Sequence record: SRR22947725_2243
DNA length: 52,192 nt
Reading direction: 5' to 3' (one strand)
Shown here one piece after another: positions 38,133 to 49,722 of this stretch. The position numbers and the translations under genes were made by a program. The notes beneath the pieces are model-generated. The model was given only the letters and a program-made list of their open reading frames with translations. It ran no database searches and was not told where the DNA came from. Each line of letters starts with the position of its first letter. The stretch's first letter is position 1.

Positions 38133-39074
38133 ATGAATATTGCGGTCTTAGATATCGGTTCCAATACCACTAAAATTTTAATCGCGGCAAAAAATAAGGC
38201 CGGCAAACTGGAGTCGGTCGCCGAAAAAAGTTACCCCTGTCGTTTGGGTACCGCTTTATCACAAGAACGCCCAGTTCTTTCTGTTGTATTGATGGAAGCT
38301 ACGATCAAAGTAATTGATCAACTTCTATTATTTGCCAGTCCATTCTCCCCAGTTAAAACCCGTATTGTTGCAACAGAAGCACTTCGCCGAATGGAAAATG
38401 CGAATCTGTTAATTAAAGAAGTGCAACATCTATTTTCTTTAAATATAGAGATTTTGAGTGGTTCAGAAGAAGCTTTTTTTATCGCCAGTGGATTATTAAC
38501 AGATCCCGCCTTTGAGGAGGTTTCCCAATTTTGTGCTGTCGATTTAGGTGGGGGGAGTCTGGAAATTATGCGGATTCGTAATGGGGCATGTGAAAGTGTG
38601 AAGAGTCTTCCTCTGGGAGCTGTTGTGCTTGCGGAGGAATTCCTCGGTAATTTGGAGAACAAACCGGCTCAAGAGGATAGGATTAGATTACAGAATTATG
38701 TCTCTACCACTTTGGCAGATAGTTGTACGGCTTTGCTTCAGGACTGTTCACACCTTGTGGGTTCAGGAGGGTCAATCGTATTTCTCAGACAACTGATTTC
38801 TTCTACGAATCAACTCGATTTTGAGAAACAATCTAAACTCACTGAAGATTCAATTAAAGTAATCTCAAGAAAAATGAATGGATTAGATTTGGCATCCCGT
38901 TGTCAGGAGTTTCCCCTTCTGCCTGCCGATCGTGCAGATGTTTTTCCCTCTGCCATCCTAGTTATCTTAGAACTTTTGAAATTTTGTCAATTAACCAGCA
39001 TTACTCATTCTTTTCACAACTTACGCTATGGTGTCGCGGAAAGTATAATGAGTTCGGTTTCCACTTCAAAATGA
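38133..39074 (+). CDS. ppx: Ppx/GppA-family exopolyphosphatase (short form)
   Basis: DIGSNT, ATEALR, LSGSEEA, DLGGGSLE, SLPLGAV, RADV, LRYG. Confidence 0.85.
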   Translation: MNIAVLDIGSNTTKILIAAKNKAGKLESVAEKSYPCRLGTALSQERPVLSVVLMEATIKVIDQLLLFASPFSPVKTRIVATEALRRMENANLLIKEVQHLFSLNIEILSGSEEAFFIASGLLTDPAFEEVSQFCAVDLGGGSLEIMRIRNGACESVKSLPLGAVVLAEEFLGNLENKPAQEDRIRLQNYVSTTLADSCTALLQDCSHLVGSGGSIVFLRQLISSTNQLDFEKQSKLTEDSIKVISRKMNGLDLASRCQEFPLLPADRADVFPSAILVILELLKFCQLTSITHSFHNLRYGVAESIMSSVSTSK

Positions 39075-39111
39075 AGGTTAAAAAAAGAGTCACCGTTATT
39101 TCTCGTCCCAA

Positions 39112-41427
39112 TTATCCGATAATTTTCCAAACCTGCAGGCAAAGAGGTGGCATAGTACCAAGTATTGAATCACTTTCTCCTAGCAAAATAGTTTCCTTTT
39201 TGCCGTAACAGATTGCAGGTAAAGGAATATTAATTTCCTGTTCACTAGGGTTTACTAAGAGGAGCAAACAATAGGACACACTGACATTATTTTCCGCAAA
39301 AATAATGTGGGCTATTGTATCATGTGGGCCTTTTACACTGATATATCGATCTTCTGCAATAAAATGATAGGGTCGGAAAAGTTCACCCTCTTTGGAACTG
39401 CGTAATGAAATGAGCTCTTTTGTCCAATTATGGAAATCTTGAGTTTCCCTAAAAAGGTTGTAGTCGAGGGCATTTAAGTCGCCTCTTTGATAGGTGTTTT
39501 GAACGCCATTTTTACTTCGTAAGTAGTCCTGTCCAGATGCAATCATCGGTATCCCAGGTGAGAGGAGCAGTAATCCTATGGCTAGTTTCGCCTGGGCGAT
39601 TACTGGAGCAGGAGGTCGGTCGTTTTTCCAGTCATCTGGGGAGCAAAGTCGATCGATAAAGGTAAGGTCATCGTGAGACTCAAGGTAATTAATGGATTGC
39701 CACGGATGAGTATTTTGCTCGTCCAACCTTCCCTTGAGTAAATTAATAATTTCGCATTGCTTTCCATTCCCTCGGACAAAGTGAAGGAGTTTTTCGCGAC
39801 AATTATCACTCCATAAACTATATCCCGTCTGATTTATTTTTTCAGGCAAACGACCCCTAAAACTCCAGGGTTCGGCAATTAATATTATGTCGGGCTTTAC
39901 TTTTAGTAACTCGTCCTCAATTTCAGACAGAAGATTGATTCCTAAGAGTTCACCAAGATCAAATCGAAATCCATCAACATCAAAATCATTGATCATCGAG
40001 ACCAAACTATCAATCACTAGTCTTCGTACCGCACCAGACTCTGCATTAATATCATTTCCACAACCACTATGGTTATTCAGGTTTCCATTTTCATCCGTTG
40101 AGAAATAAAGTTCACGATCCAGAAATGAGAGGTGGGACGGAACTCCGACATGGTTATAAACCACATCAATGATAACGGCTAGTTCTGCCTCATGGAACCG
40201 GTCGACAAGACTCTTAAATTCGTGTACGGCAGAACCATCTTTTGCATTACTTGCATAGGCAGACGAGGGTGCAAAAAAATTAACTGACATGTACCCCCAA
40301 TGGTACTCCTCCTTTGTGCGGGCATCAAATTCATGAATGGGTTGGATTTCGATAGCATTTACCCCCAGCTTGCGAAGATAGCAATCTTCAGATTGGAGCC
40401 ATTTCGAAAGCCCGCGAAACTCCATTCTTTCCATTTCAGATAAAGGAATAGGAGCATTTGTAAGTAGATCTCGAATGTGGGTTTCGAGAATGATTAGGTC
40501 TTGTTTTTGGGGTGTGCGAAAGGAGTGTTTTTTTTCTGATTGTTGAACTGTTAACGCGAGACCAGGCCCATTCCTTCCGTCCATTGCACGGGCATAGGGG
40601 TCCACAACTTCTTTTTCGAAAAGCTCGGATTCTCCCTTTCTTGTAACCTGGTGAACCGAGTATTTGTAGGGCAATCCTTCGCAATTATCCAAAAGAGTAA
40701 TTTCCCAACAACCATCATGCATCCGAGTCATCGGATACCGCTCCATTCCTTTCTCTCTATATAAAAGTAAATCCACTGTAACCGCTCGGGGAGCAAAAAC
40801 TCGAAATGAACTACCTTCCAAAGTTTGCTCATAACCAAATTTCCCACTTGGAACCACGTTTATCCATCGATCTAAGTTTTCTTTTCGGGGACCCTCCATT
40901 AGCTCAAAACACAGAATGTCCTGCCCCGTTCTTTGAGGATTAAAAATAAAATTTCTCGATCCAATCTCGTTTATCTCACTTCTTGAAATCGGGTCATTTG
41001 GTTCCAACCAGACTTTCCTTTCAGTGACGAATTTAAAGGAGAATGTCTTTAGTTCCAAAGCAACTTTCCAATCGATTGATAATTGTATGATATTTACTTC
41101 CGAATTTTTTGGTAGTAATTCCCATTGCGGTTCTCCAATTGCTTCTGCCCAACCATTAAAATCTGTGGCGAGGAATATTCTTTCTTTACTCAGTTCCAGC
41201 GAGGCGTAGTCATTTTTATTAACCAAAAAATGGACCTCTCCTCCTCTCTTAACATAACCTCCCAATCGTGCCGATTTTTCACTCTCAATAACTGAGAATG
41301 TGGAGCCAATCATCCCCGATTCTTCCACCAAATCTTCGGGTAAGCGCCCACCGTCCCAATCTTTTTCCAAAAAGACTAAGCCTTTGTTAATAGTTTCCAT
41401 GCAAACATGCCCACCTCGAGAATACAT
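39112..41427 (-). CDS. GH13 pullulanase/glycogen-debranching-type enzyme with N-terminal CBM48-like domains
   Basis: FRVFAP, DPYARA, YHWGY, DVVYNH, SGCGND, DGFRFDL, AEPW, YLESHD; start uncertain. Confidence 0.87.
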   Translation of the reverse strand: MYSRGGHVCMETINKGLVFLEKDWDGGRLPEDLVEESGMIGSTFSVIESEKSARLGGYVKRGGEVHFLVNKNDYASLELSKERIFLATDFNGWAEAIGEPQWELLPKNSEVNIIQLSIDWKVALELKTFSFKFVTERKVWLEPNDPISRSEINEIGSRNFIFNPQRTGQDILCFELMEGPRKENLDRWINVVPSGKFGYEQTLEGSSFRVFAPRAVTVDLLLYREKGMERYPMTRMHDGCWEITLLDNCEGLPYKYSVHQVTRKGESELFEKEVVDPYARAMDGRNGPGLALTVQQSEKKHSFRTPQKQDLIILETHIRDLLTNAPIPLSEMERMEFRGLSKWLQSEDCYLRKLGVNAIEIQPIHEFDARTKEEYHWGYMSVNFFAPSSAYASNAKDGSAVHEFKSLVDRFHEAELAVIIDVVYNHVGVPSHLSFLDRELYFSTDENGNLNNHSGCGNDINAESGAVRRLVIDSLVSMINDFDVDGFRFDLGELLGINLLSEIEDELLKVKPDIILIAEPWSFRGRLPEKINQTGYSLWSDNCREKLLHFVRGNGKQCEIINLLKGRLDEQNTHPWQSINYLESHDDLTFIDRLCSPDDWKNDRPPAPVIAQAKLAIGLLLLSPGIPMIASGQDYLRSKNGVQNTYQRGDLNALDYNLFRETQDFHNWTKELISLRSSKEGELFRPYHFIAEDRYISVKGPHDTIAHIIFAENNVSVSYCLLLLVNPSEQEINIPLPAICYGKKETILLGESDSILGTMPPLCLQVWKIIG

Positions 41428-41514
41428 AGCCTTATTGTCTTATCTACTCTTTCGCTCGAGCCAATCGAAAAATTTTGCTCCTTTTAAAAGAATTTACTAG
41501 TACCTATTGTCGAA

Positions 41515-42639
41515 ATGAATGATTCTTCCGATAAACCAATTCTTGTCGCCCTATCGGGCGGGGTTGATAGTGCGGTTTCTGCCTTATTGCTCAAAGAGCA
41601 GGGCTACACTATTTCGGGAGTTTATGTCCGAACCTGGGAGCATGAGGATGATTTACTCGGCGATTGCCCCGGCGCTCGTGATTTAAAGGATGCGCGTTTG
41701 GTAGCGGAATTAATTGGTATTCCATTTTCCGTGGTAAACTTTATTGATTTTTACCAAAATGAAGTGGTTTTACCTATGGTGCGAGGCTATGAAAATGGAA
41801 TTACTCCCAATCCTGATATTTTATGTAATCGAGCGATGAAATTTGGAGCATTACTAGAATACGCGGAAGAAAATGGTTTTTCTTCCCTTGCCACGGGGCA
41901 TTATTGTAGAAGAGTAAAAAATTCAAATTCCACCGCAGAATTGTGGGAGGGAATAGATAAAAATAAGGATCAGTCTTATTTCCTTGCCCGCATTACTCGG
42001 AATCAACTTGAAAGAGCCCGCTTTCCTCTGGGGGAGATTACAAAGCCAGAAGTTCGTGAAATTGCGAAGAAATATGAGCTTCCCGTTGCAGAGAAAAAAG
42101 ACAGTCAAGGTATTTGCTTTCTTGGAAAAGTAAAAATAGGAGAATTCTTATCTAATTTTCTCGACGACCAGCCTGGTGAGATTGTAACGACCGAGGGGCG
42201 AGTTGTTGGTAGGCATAAAGGTTTACACCGATATACCTTAGGTCAGAGACGCGGGATTGGGGTGCCATCCAACACAGATAATGAAAATTTTGTAGTCACG
42301 GGAAAGAATGAAGGCGAAAATCAGCTAATTGTTGCTTTTGATCACGAAAATGAACCTACATTATGGGGGCGTAAGTATGAAATTGAATCCCTGTCCTTCC
42401 TTACGGAAAACCATCCGACCGAACCGATTCAATTATTGGGAAAACCCCGTTATCGAGATGCTTCCGTTCCCCTACTCTACCGTCCAATCAATTCCACGAA
42501 AGCGGAAATTATTTTTGAGCGACCCCAACGGGCTTTAACTCCAGGTCAAGTCTTGGCACTCTATGATGGAGAAAGGCTCATTGGAGGGGGGACTTACTGC
42601 TTAAGCTCTCTTGGTCGAGCAGATCAAAGCATTGAATAA
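41515..42639 (+). CDS. mnmA: tRNA-specific 2-thiouridylase
   Basis: SGGVDSAV, TPNPDILCN..MKF, ATGHY, KDQSYFL, KKDSQGICF, TLGQRRG, TPGQ. Confidence 0.97.
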   Translation: MNDSSDKPILVALSGGVDSAVSALLLKEQGYTISGVYVRTWEHEDDLLGDCPGARDLKDARLVAELIGIPFSVVNFIDFYQNEVVLPMVRGYENGITPNPDILCNRAMKFGALLEYAEENGFSSLATGHYCRRVKNSNSTAELWEGIDKNKDQSYFLARITRNQLERARFPLGEITKPEVREIAKKYELPVAEKKDSQGICFLGKVKIGEFLSNFLDDQPGEIVTTEGRVVGRHKGLHRYTLGQRRGIGVPSNTDNENFVVTGKNEGENQLIVAFDHENEPTLWGRKYEIESLSFLTENHPTEPIQLLGKPRYRDASVPLLYRPINSTKAEIIFERPQRALTPGQVLALYDGERLIGGGTYCLSSLGRADQSIE

Positions 42640-42702
42640 AGGTTTCAGCTTGATTCATCTCTTTTTATATATCAAAACTATTCTAGTTCAATAATTACCA
42701 TT

Positions 42703-43404
42703 ATGCGCCTGCGTCTTTCTAAAAAAACTAGAAAAAAATTACCGATCAAAGATGATCAGATTCCTTTAAAGACAAAGGAAAATCTTGAAGAGTATCTTCA
42801 ATCGGCAATTTCTTTTTTGCAAACCCAGCAAAATGTGCTGGAGAGAACAGTCGAAATTCTTGAAGAAATTACCACATTGGCACCCACCATGAAAGCCGAT
42901 GTGATTCGTTCGGTTTCGCGGGAGGAAGAGGTAGCTTCACGAAAGCAATTTAAGGTGCTCAGGCAGGAATTAAACTGGCTCTCTAGTCTCGAGTTTAATC
43001 AGCGTAATTTATTCAGTCAGAATGCTCAGGACACCGCATTCAAGCTTTTCAAGGAAGCGGGGCCAAGCGCTCCGGTTATTAAGCAACATGCAGCACCTCA
43101 CTATCTTGAACCTCTTCAGCATGATGAAGACGAGGTGAATGAAAAAACGGTTCAAAATTGCTTACAAGCTCTTCAGGAAATGCTTGGACAGGCAGATGCC
43201 GCGGAAACGGATCTTCAGACGAGCTTCAAAGCTCTCGCCGCTGACCCAGGTGCACATAAAAAACTGAAATTCCTGGAAGAACGTGTAAAAACATGGGTTT
43301 CCGAGGTAATTGATGGGCAAGATGGATTATCAGTTCAGGCAAACTTGATTACTAAGCGAGTGGATGGATTGGTTCAGGGCTTACAGGGTTTGATTCAAGA
43401 ATGA
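42703..43404 (+). CDS. Divergent flagellin-like helical protein
   Basis: QSAISFLQTQ..VL.....IL.....LA and F..L..EL......FN...LF resemble the flagellin N-terminal D1 helices; C-terminal LSVQAN resembles the flagellin D0 tail. Confidence 0.55.
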   Translation: MRLRLSKKTRKKLPIKDDQIPLKTKENLEEYLQSAISFLQTQQNVLERTVEILEEITTLAPTMKADVIRSVSREEEVASRKQFKVLRQELNWLSSLEFNQRNLFSQNAQDTAFKLFKEAGPSAPVIKQHAAPHYLEPLQHDEDEVNEKTVQNCLQALQEMLGQADAAETDLQTSFKALAADPGAHKKLKFLEERVKTWVSEVIDGQDGLSVQANLITKRVDGLVQGLQGLIQE

Positions 43405-43619
43405 ATAGCGATCAGACTTTTTCTTCTCCCGCACCTGGGGGAAAGGGAAAAGAGTTCCTTGGTATTCATTTTGTGAAGTGCGGAACTTATGGCCGCATTT
43501 ACAAAAATCAACAAGGTACCGCATATTCTGGTCATTGTCCCCGTTGCATGCACCCGATTCGGGTCAGAATTGCACCAGGAGGTACTGGGAATCGTTTTTT
43601 TAAATGCTTTTGTCCCTAA
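43401..43619 (+). CDS. Small Cys-containing (Zn-ribbon-like) hypothetical protein
   Basis: FLGIHF..C..YGRIY.N....AY.G.CPRC...RVRI..GGT..RFF; ATGA overlap with the upstream gene. Confidence 0.65.
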   Translation: MNSDQTFSSPAPGGKGKEFLGIHFVKCGTYGRIYKNQQGTAYSGHCPRCMHPIRVRIAPGGTGNRFFKCFCP

Positions 43620-43648
43620 TGCAAATGGGGTGCCTTGCCAGATAGCTA

Positions 43649-44110
43649 ATGATCTCCTCTGCTGTCGGTCTTATTACGCGAGGTCACAGAATTGCCTCGG
43701 GACAACATCGAGATGTTCGTTTTCCACAGGGTACTTTGGCAATGCAATCCCCCTTTTTTAAGCAAAACGGTTTTGATATAACTCGTTTTTTCAAAGGTAC
43801 TTTGAATATTTCATTACAGGATGCTGATTTCAAGTTAGGACGGCCTCGATATTTTTTTCCGCTCGTTCAATGGTCTACTGATTTACCTCCCGAAAATTTT
43901 TCGTTTTATCAATGCTCTCTTTCAATGAATGGGTGTTCGATTATCTATGAATCTTTTGTCTACTGGCCTCATCCCTCCACCAAGCCCGAATTTAAACAGG
44001 ACCCTTCAGTATTAGAGGTAATTGCACCCTTTATTGAAGAAGCCCATTATGGAGATGAAATTACCATTACTGCCGATTCTTCGAGCATTAATTTCTCGGC
44101 CAATATTTGA
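43649..44110 (+). CDS. Hypothetical protein, possibly CTP-dependent riboflavin kinase-like fold
   Basis: G....G...AS N-terminus, FFKGTLNI motif, LEVIAP...YGD.I C-terminus. Confidence 0.5.
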   Translation: MISSAVGLITRGHRIASGQHRDVRFPQGTLAMQSPFFKQNGFDITRFFKGTLNISLQDADFKLGRPRYFFPLVQWSTDLPPENFSFYQCSLSMNGCSIIYESFVYWPHPSTKPEFKQDPSVLEVIAPFIEEAHYGDEITITADSSSINFSANI

Positions 44111-44199
44111 AAATTATATAAAAATATTTCCCCAGAATATTTTTTTCGGGTTTTACTTGTTTTTAATTCATTTAAAGCGTACGAATTACCGCGTTCACT

Positions 44200-46956
44200 A
44201 TGATTAAAAATCCTACTTTTGCCTCCCGTTGGAATGTCGACGAAATTGACCGTCAATACGCCCTTTGGCTTGATTCTCCTTCGTCAGTATCTACGGAGTG
44301 GCAATATTTCTTTGAAGGCTTTCATTTAGGGAGCGAGCATGACGGTCTCCCCGACCGAGATGACGCACCTAGTCCAATTGCATCTCCGGATAGAGAGGTG
44401 GGAGAAAAACATGCTCGTCTCTACGGTGCCATTTATTCTTTCCGCGATATCGGTCATACACAGGGTACTTTTGATCCCTTAAGTGATGAGATTAAAGAAA
44501 ACCCCCGGTTAAGTTTGGAAAGACTGGGCTTTGACCCTAATGATTTGAACGAAGTTCATTTTACTGGTAATTATTTAGGTGGTGTTCGAATGTCGATTGG
44601 TGAAATTTTAGACCGATTAAAAAAGACATACTGTGGCAATATAGGCGTAGAATATCTTCATTTGCAGACCACTGAGAAACGGCGTTGGATACAGTCTAAG
44701 ATCGAACCTAAGATGAATGTTCCTTCGTTCAATCATGATGAAAAACTTAGGATTCTTCGAAAAATAATTCAAGCCGAAGAATTTGAAAATTTTCTTCATA
44801 CCCGTTATGTCGGGCAAAAACGTTTTTCCTTGGAGGGCGGAGAAACCCTCATTACTGCCTTGGACTCAATTTTTCAAAAATGCCCTGATGAGGGAGTCGA
44901 AGAAATTGTAATGGGAATGGCCCATCGTGGACGATTAAATGTGCTCGCCAATGTGATGGGGAAATCCCACGAATTTATTTTTCGTGAATTCTCTGAGAAT
45001 TTTGTTCCAGACGGTGCACATGGAAGCGGAGATGTAAAATATCATTTAGGATATGAGTCTGTACGGACCACTTCCAGCGGTCAGCAGGTTGTCATTCATT
45101 TATCGCCCAATCCAAGTCACTTAGAAGCAGTAAATGGTGTGGTTGAAGGAAAAGTGCGTGCTCGTCAGCGTCTCCGCGGGGATAAGGATCGCAGTCGCGT
45201 CCTTCCCATTCTCATACATGGCGATGCTGCCATGGCGGGACAGGGAGTTGTTTCAGAGGTATTTAATTTTTCCAAACTACCAGGATATCGCACAGGCGGG
45301 ACAGTTCATGTGGTGGTGAATAATCAGATCGGTTTTACTACAGACCCGACAGAGGCCCGTTCCAGTTTATACTGCACAGACGTGGCAAAAGTGATTGAGG
45401 CACCCATTTTTCATGTGAACGGAAATGATCCCCTTGCAGTTGCTATGGTCGCGGAAATCGCATTGGAGTATCGTCAGAAATTCCGGGAGGATGTGGTGAT
45501 CGATGTGAATTGTTATCGAAAGCATGGTCATAATGAAGCCGATGACCCCGCGTTCACACAACCCCTGCTTTACAAAAAAATCAAGGCTATGCCGGGAATC
45601 TCTAATGTATTTTCCAAGGAACTGGTAAGTGCGGGGGATCTCAATCAAGAGGAGTGTGATGAAATTCACAAACGCTTACGTCGTCATTTGGACGCTTCTT
45701 TAGAAAAAGTGAAAACGGTTAAGAAATCGAGCACCTTTGAGGGGTCCGTTGCGGTGAAGCAAATTCCCTACGACTTTACACCAGTTTCAACCGCGGTCGA
45801 GAAGAAGGACTTAGAAAAAGTGGTTCGTGCACTGTCGACTTGCCCGGAAGGTTTTAACCTAAATCCAAAAATCAAAAGGCAGGTCGATGCGAAGGCAAAG
45901 AATTTCAAATCCGGATTAGGGATTGATTGGGGTTTTGCTGAACTGTTGGCCTTCGGTTCATTAATGTTAGATGGTACTCCTATCCGACTTTCTGGACAGG
46001 ATAGTGAACGGGGTACTTTTAGTCATCGTCATGCAGTTTGGTATGACAGTAAGGACCGAACGCGATATGTTCCTTTATTGAATATGGAAGACCGGCAGGG
46101 ACAATTTTGTGTCTACAATTCCCTCTTATCTGAAGCGGCGGTATTAGCTTTTGACTACGGTTATTCGCTTGATTATCCAAGCATGCTCTCGATTTGGGAA
46201 GCTCAGTTTGGAGATTTTGTCAATGGAGCCCAGGTCATTATTGATCAATTTATAATGAGTGCGGAGGATAAATGGGGGGCGGTTTCAGATATCGTTCTTT
46301 TATTACCACATGGCTTCGAAGGCCAAGGTCCTGAGCACAGTTCTGCCCGACTGGAACGATTTCTTCAGGGCTGTGCAGAAGACAACATTGTTGTGGCAAA
46401 TTTAAGTACCCCAGCACAATATTTTCATGCTCTTCGCCGTCAGAAGAAAAAAGAGTATGCAAAACCATTAGTCATCATGGCACCAAAGAGCCTACTTCGA
46501 AATAAATTGTGCATCTCGGAAGTGAAAGACTTGGTCAAGGGAAGTTTTGAAGAATTCTTACCCGATCCAACACCCGCAAAAAAGACAGAAAACTTAATTT
46601 TGTGTTCGGGTAAAGTGTACTATGACCTACTTGAAGCCAGGGAGGGAATTCGGAATTCAAAATCCACGATTATACGAGTCGAGCAGTTTTATCCATTTGA
46701 TAAAGCGAAGTTTCAAGAAGTCGTTGCACCTTATGCCAAGGCAAAACGTATCGTTTGGTGCCAAGAAGAACCCTACAACATGGGAGCATGGAACTTTCTT
46801 TTCCCTATCTTTGAAGAAATGCTCGGTCGACGACCTTACTTTGCCGGTAGAACTGCCACTGCTAGCCCGGCAACTGGATCTTTGACCTTACACAAGATTG
46901 AACAGGCTGCACTGGTTGCAGACGCCCTAGATCAAACACAAACTTCTCATACTTAA
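44200..46956 (+). CDS. sucA: 2-oxoglutarate dehydrogenase E1
   Basis: [70 protein letters not shown]. Confidence 0.98.
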   Translation: MIKNPTFASRWNVDEIDRQYALWLDSPSSVSTEWQYFFEGFHLGSEHDGLPDRDDAPSPIASPDREVGEKHARLYGAIYSFRDIGHTQGTFDPLSDEIKENPRLSLERLGFDPNDLNEVHFTGNYLGGVRMSIGEILDRLKKTYCGNIGVEYLHLQTTEKRRWIQSKIEPKMNVPSFNHDEKLRILRKIIQAEEFENFLHTRYVGQKRFSLEGGETLITALDSIFQKCPDEGVEEIVMGMAHRGRLNVLANVMGKSHEFIFREFSENFVPDGAHGSGDVKYHLGYESVRTTSSGQQVVIHLSPNPSHLEAVNGVVEGKVRARQRLRGDKDRSRVLPILIHGDAAMAGQGVVSEVFNFSKLPGYRTGGTVHVVVNNQIGFTTDPTEARSSLYCTDVAKVIEAPIFHVNGNDPLAVAMVAEIALEYRQKFREDVVIDVNCYRKHGHNEADDPAFTQPLLYKKIKAMPGISNVFSKELVSAGDLNQEECDEIHKRLRRHLDASLEKVKTVKKSSTFEGSVAVKQIPYDFTPVSTAVEKKDLEKVVRALSTCPEGFNLNPKIKRQVDAKAKNFKSGLGIDWGFAELLAFGSLMLDGTPIRLSGQDSERGTFSHRHAVWYDSKDRTRYVPLLNMEDRQGQFCVYNSLLSEAAVLAFDYGYSLDYPSMLSIWEAQFGDFVNGAQVIIDQFIMSAEDKWGAVSDIVLLLPHGFEGQGPEHSSARLERFLQGCAEDNIVVANLSTPAQYFHALRRQKKKEYAKPLVIMAPKSLLRNKLCISEVKDLVKGSFEEFLPDPTPAKKTENLILCSGKVYYDLLEAREGIRNSKSTIIRVEQFYPFDKAKFQEVVAPYAKAKRIVWCQEEPYNMGAWNFLFPIFEEMLGRRPYFAGRTATASPATGSLTLHKIEQAALVADALDQTQTSHT

Positions 46957-46967
46957 TTTTTTTAGTT

Positions 46968-48278
46968 ATGCCTATTGATGTAAAAATCCCCGCACTTGGT
47001 GAATCAATCTCCTCTGGTGTTCTATCCGCTTGGAAGGTATCGGAGGGAACTTATGTTGAGATCGATCAACCAATATACGAATTAGAAACGGATAAAATTA
47101 CCCAGGAAGGGCTTGCTGAAGTGGCCGGAGTAATTTCATTTTTAGCGAAAGAAGGTGATGAAGTTGAGATCGGAGCAACGATTGCCAATATTGATGAATC
47201 CGCGGATAATTCAAACTCCTCAGCATCGGAGCCAAAGCCACAAGCACAAGAGCCTGTAGTTGAAGTGCCTGCTACTACTACTGTGGCACCCCCTGAGAGC
47301 ATGGATGCCCCCTCCCCTTCCTTGCCCTCTCAAGACGAATCTGACCCAAAGGTGGATGACTCGATTCCCGCCCCGTTACCTCTTTCCCCTGCTGTCCGGA
47401 AAATCCTGGCTGAGACTGATATTGACCCCACCACAATTTCAGGAACTGGAAAAGACGGTCGTATTACGAAAGCCGATGTACTTGCTGCTAAAAGTGCTGA
47501 ACCTTCGCCCTCAGTGGCAGCCCCTTCTACTCCGGTGAGCCCTCCAAAGGCAGCACCGGTTACTCCTGCCTCTGTTGATAGTCGAAGCACCCGCCGGCCT
47601 CTTTCTCCAATCCGTAGGAAAATTGCCTCACGATTGGTGGAGGCACAGCAAACCGCCGCCATTTTATCGACCTTTAATGAGGTTGATCTTTCCGCCATCA
47701 TGGCATTACGAAAAAAGCATCAAGATTCTTTCGTAAAACAAAATGGAGTGAAACTCGGGTTTATGTCATTTTTTGTAAAGGGCGTGGTTCATGCCCTTCG
47801 TGCCGTTCCGCAGATCAATGCTCGGATGGAAGGAAATGAATTGGTTGAAAACCATTATTTTGATATCGGAGTCGCAGTCGGCACGAAGAAGGGACTGGTT
47901 GTACCCGTGTTACGGGATTGTGACCAACTTGGCTTTGCCGAAATTGAGCAATCTATTGTTCAGTACGCTGAGAAAGCTCGAACTGGAGGGATTACCCTTC
48001 AGGATATGCAGGGTGGTTGCTTTACTATCACTAATGGGGGTATTTACGGTTCCCTTTTATCGACTCCGATTATTAATCCGCCCCAGAGTGGTATATTGGG
48101 AATGCATTCGATCCAAGAACGGCCAGTCGCCGTGAATGGAGAGGTGGTAATTCGTCCGATGATGTATACGGCACTGTCCTATGACCACCGAGTGGTGGAC
48201 GGAAAAGAAGCAGTTACCTTTTTGGTGAAGTTGAAGGAAGCGATGGAAGACCCTGCTCGCTTGGCCTTGGGGATTTAA
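46968..48278 (+). CDS. sucB: Dihydrolipoyl succinyltransferase E2
   Basis: Lipoyl ETDK, Pro/Ala linkers, E3-binding [28 protein letters not shown]. Confidence 0.97.
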   Translation: MPIDVKIPALGESISSGVLSAWKVSEGTYVEIDQPIYELETDKITQEGLAEVAGVISFLAKEGDEVEIGATIANIDESADNSNSSASEPKPQAQEPVVEVPATTTVAPPESMDAPSPSLPSQDESDPKVDDSIPAPLPLSPAVRKILAETDIDPTTISGTGKDGRITKADVLAAKSAEPSPSVAAPSTPVSPPKAAPVTPASVDSRSTRRPLSPIRRKIASRLVEAQQTAAILSTFNEVDLSAIMALRKKHQDSFVKQNGVKLGFMSFFVKGVVHALRAVPQINARMEGNELVENHYFDIGVAVGTKKGLVVPVLRDCDQLGFAEIEQSIVQYAEKARTGGITLQDMQGGCFTITNGGIYGSLLSTPIINPPQSGILGMHSIQERPVAVNGEVVIRPMMYTALSYDHRVVDGKEAVTFLVKLKEAMEDPARLALGI

Positions 48279-48281
48279 GTT

Positions 48282-49688
48282 ATGAGCAAGGAAGAAAACT
48301 TTGATGTCTTAGTGGTAGGTGCCGGACCTGGAGGCTATGTTTGTGCCATTCGATGTGCCCAATTAGGATTAAAGACTGGGTTGATTGAGAAAAATCCTCG
48401 ATTAGGAGGAACCTGCCTCAATGTCGGGTGCATCCCGAGCAAAGCTCTTCTTCACTCCACTGAGATTTATCATGAACTCCTTCATTCCGCCGAGTCCCAT
48501 GGTATCGTGGCGAAAGGAATAAGCCATGATATTTCGAAATTGATGAAAAAAAAGGATGCGGTTGTGGACCAACTCGGAAAAGGCGTAGCCGCCTTGGTCA
48601 AAAAGAAAGGTGTCACACTGATACCAGGAACTGCAACACTTTTACCGGAGGGTAAAGTGGAGGTGACTCATCAGGATTCCTCTCAGACTCTAACAGCAAA
48701 TGAGATTATTTTAGCAACTGGTTCCAAGCCGGTTGAACTTCCATTTCTCCCCTTTGATGGCACTAAAATTGTCCATAGTGACCACGGCATTGCATTTGAA
48801 AAAGTACCGAAAAAAATGGTGGTTGTGGGAGGCGGTGCGATTGGTCTTGAACTTGGCTGCGTTTGGTCGCGTCTTGGGGCAGAGGTTACTATTATTGAGT
48901 TTCTTCCTGAGATTTGTCCACAACTCGATTTAGAGGTGGCAAAGGTAGCAAGAAAAATCTTGGAAAAACAGGGTCTCCAATTTTCACTTTCAACCAAGGT
49001 AACTGCCGCAAAGAATACCAAAACCGGAACTACTTTATCATTAGAGTCGGAGGGAAAAGAATCCTCGGTCTCAGCGGATCGGGTTCTCGTCGCGGTAGGT
49101 CGTGCACCCTGTGCGGATGGCTTAGGCTTAGAGAATATTGGAGTGCAAACGGATGATAAAGGTCGTGTACTGGTTGATGCGAGTTTCTCGACTAATATCG
49201 CAGGTGTTCGTGCCATTGGTGATTTGATCCCCGGGCCCATGCTAGCTCACAAAGCAGAGGAGGACGGTGTTGCCTGCGCTGAGATTATTGCGGGACAGTC
49301 CGGACATGTGAACTATGATCTCGTCCCCGGAGTTATTTATGTCGATCCAGAAATTGCCAATATTGGCCTAAGTGAGGCCCAGGCAAAAGCGAAAAATATA
49401 CCGGTTCGAGCCGGTTCTTTTCCATTAGCTGCAAACGGTCGCGCTCTGGCAACGGGAGCAACCGATGGTATTGTGAAAGTGGTTGCACATGCAGAAACCG
49501 ATCGATTGCTCGGAGTCCAAATTGTGGCTCGAAGTGCTTCGGAATTGATCGCGTCGGCCGTAGCTCATATGGAATATGGAGGTTCAGCCGAGGACTTAGC
49601 CCGTACCATTCACGCACACCCCACCCTTTCGGAATCCCTGAAGGAAGCTGCTCTTTCAGTCGACGGTCGCGGTCTTCATAGTTTTTAA
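48282..49688 (+). CDS. lpdA: Dihydrolipoyl dehydrogenase E3
   Basis: GAGPGGY, GGTCLNVGCIPSK, GGGAIGLE, MLAHKA, HAHPTLSE. Confidence 0.97.
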   Translation: MSKEENFDVLVVGAGPGGYVCAIRCAQLGLKTGLIEKNPRLGGTCLNVGCIPSKALLHSTEIYHELLHSAESHGIVAKGISHDISKLMKKKDAVVDQLGKGVAALVKKKGVTLIPGTATLLPEGKVEVTHQDSSQTLTANEIILATGSKPVELPFLPFDGTKIVHSDHGIAFEKVPKKMVVVGGGAIGLELGCVWSRLGAEVTIIEFLPEICPQLDLEVAKVARKILEKQGLQFSLSTKVTAAKNTKTGTTLSLESEGKESSVSADRVLVAVGRAPCADGLGLENIGVQTDDKGRVLVDASFSTNIAGVRAIGDLIPGPMLAHKAEEDGVACAEIIAGQSGHVNYDLVPGVIYVDPEIANIGLSEAQAKAKNIPVRAGSFPLAANGRALATGATDGIVKVVAHAETDRLLGVQIVARSASELIASAVAHMEYGGSAEDLARTIHAHPTLSESLKEAALSVDGRGLHSF

Positions 49689-49722
49689 ATCACTCCAGTA
49701 AAATGGAATTACCAGGGATAGA

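Noticed and set aside
47190-47590. Pro/Ala/Ser-rich low-complexity repeats in sucB
   Set aside because: Normal flexible linkers of 2-oxoacid dehydrogenase E2
48683-49240. 185 aa antisense ORF within lpdA, and similar shadow ORFs across the window
   Set aside because: Antisense or alternate-frame ORFs inside well-conserved genes, with no recognisable motifs
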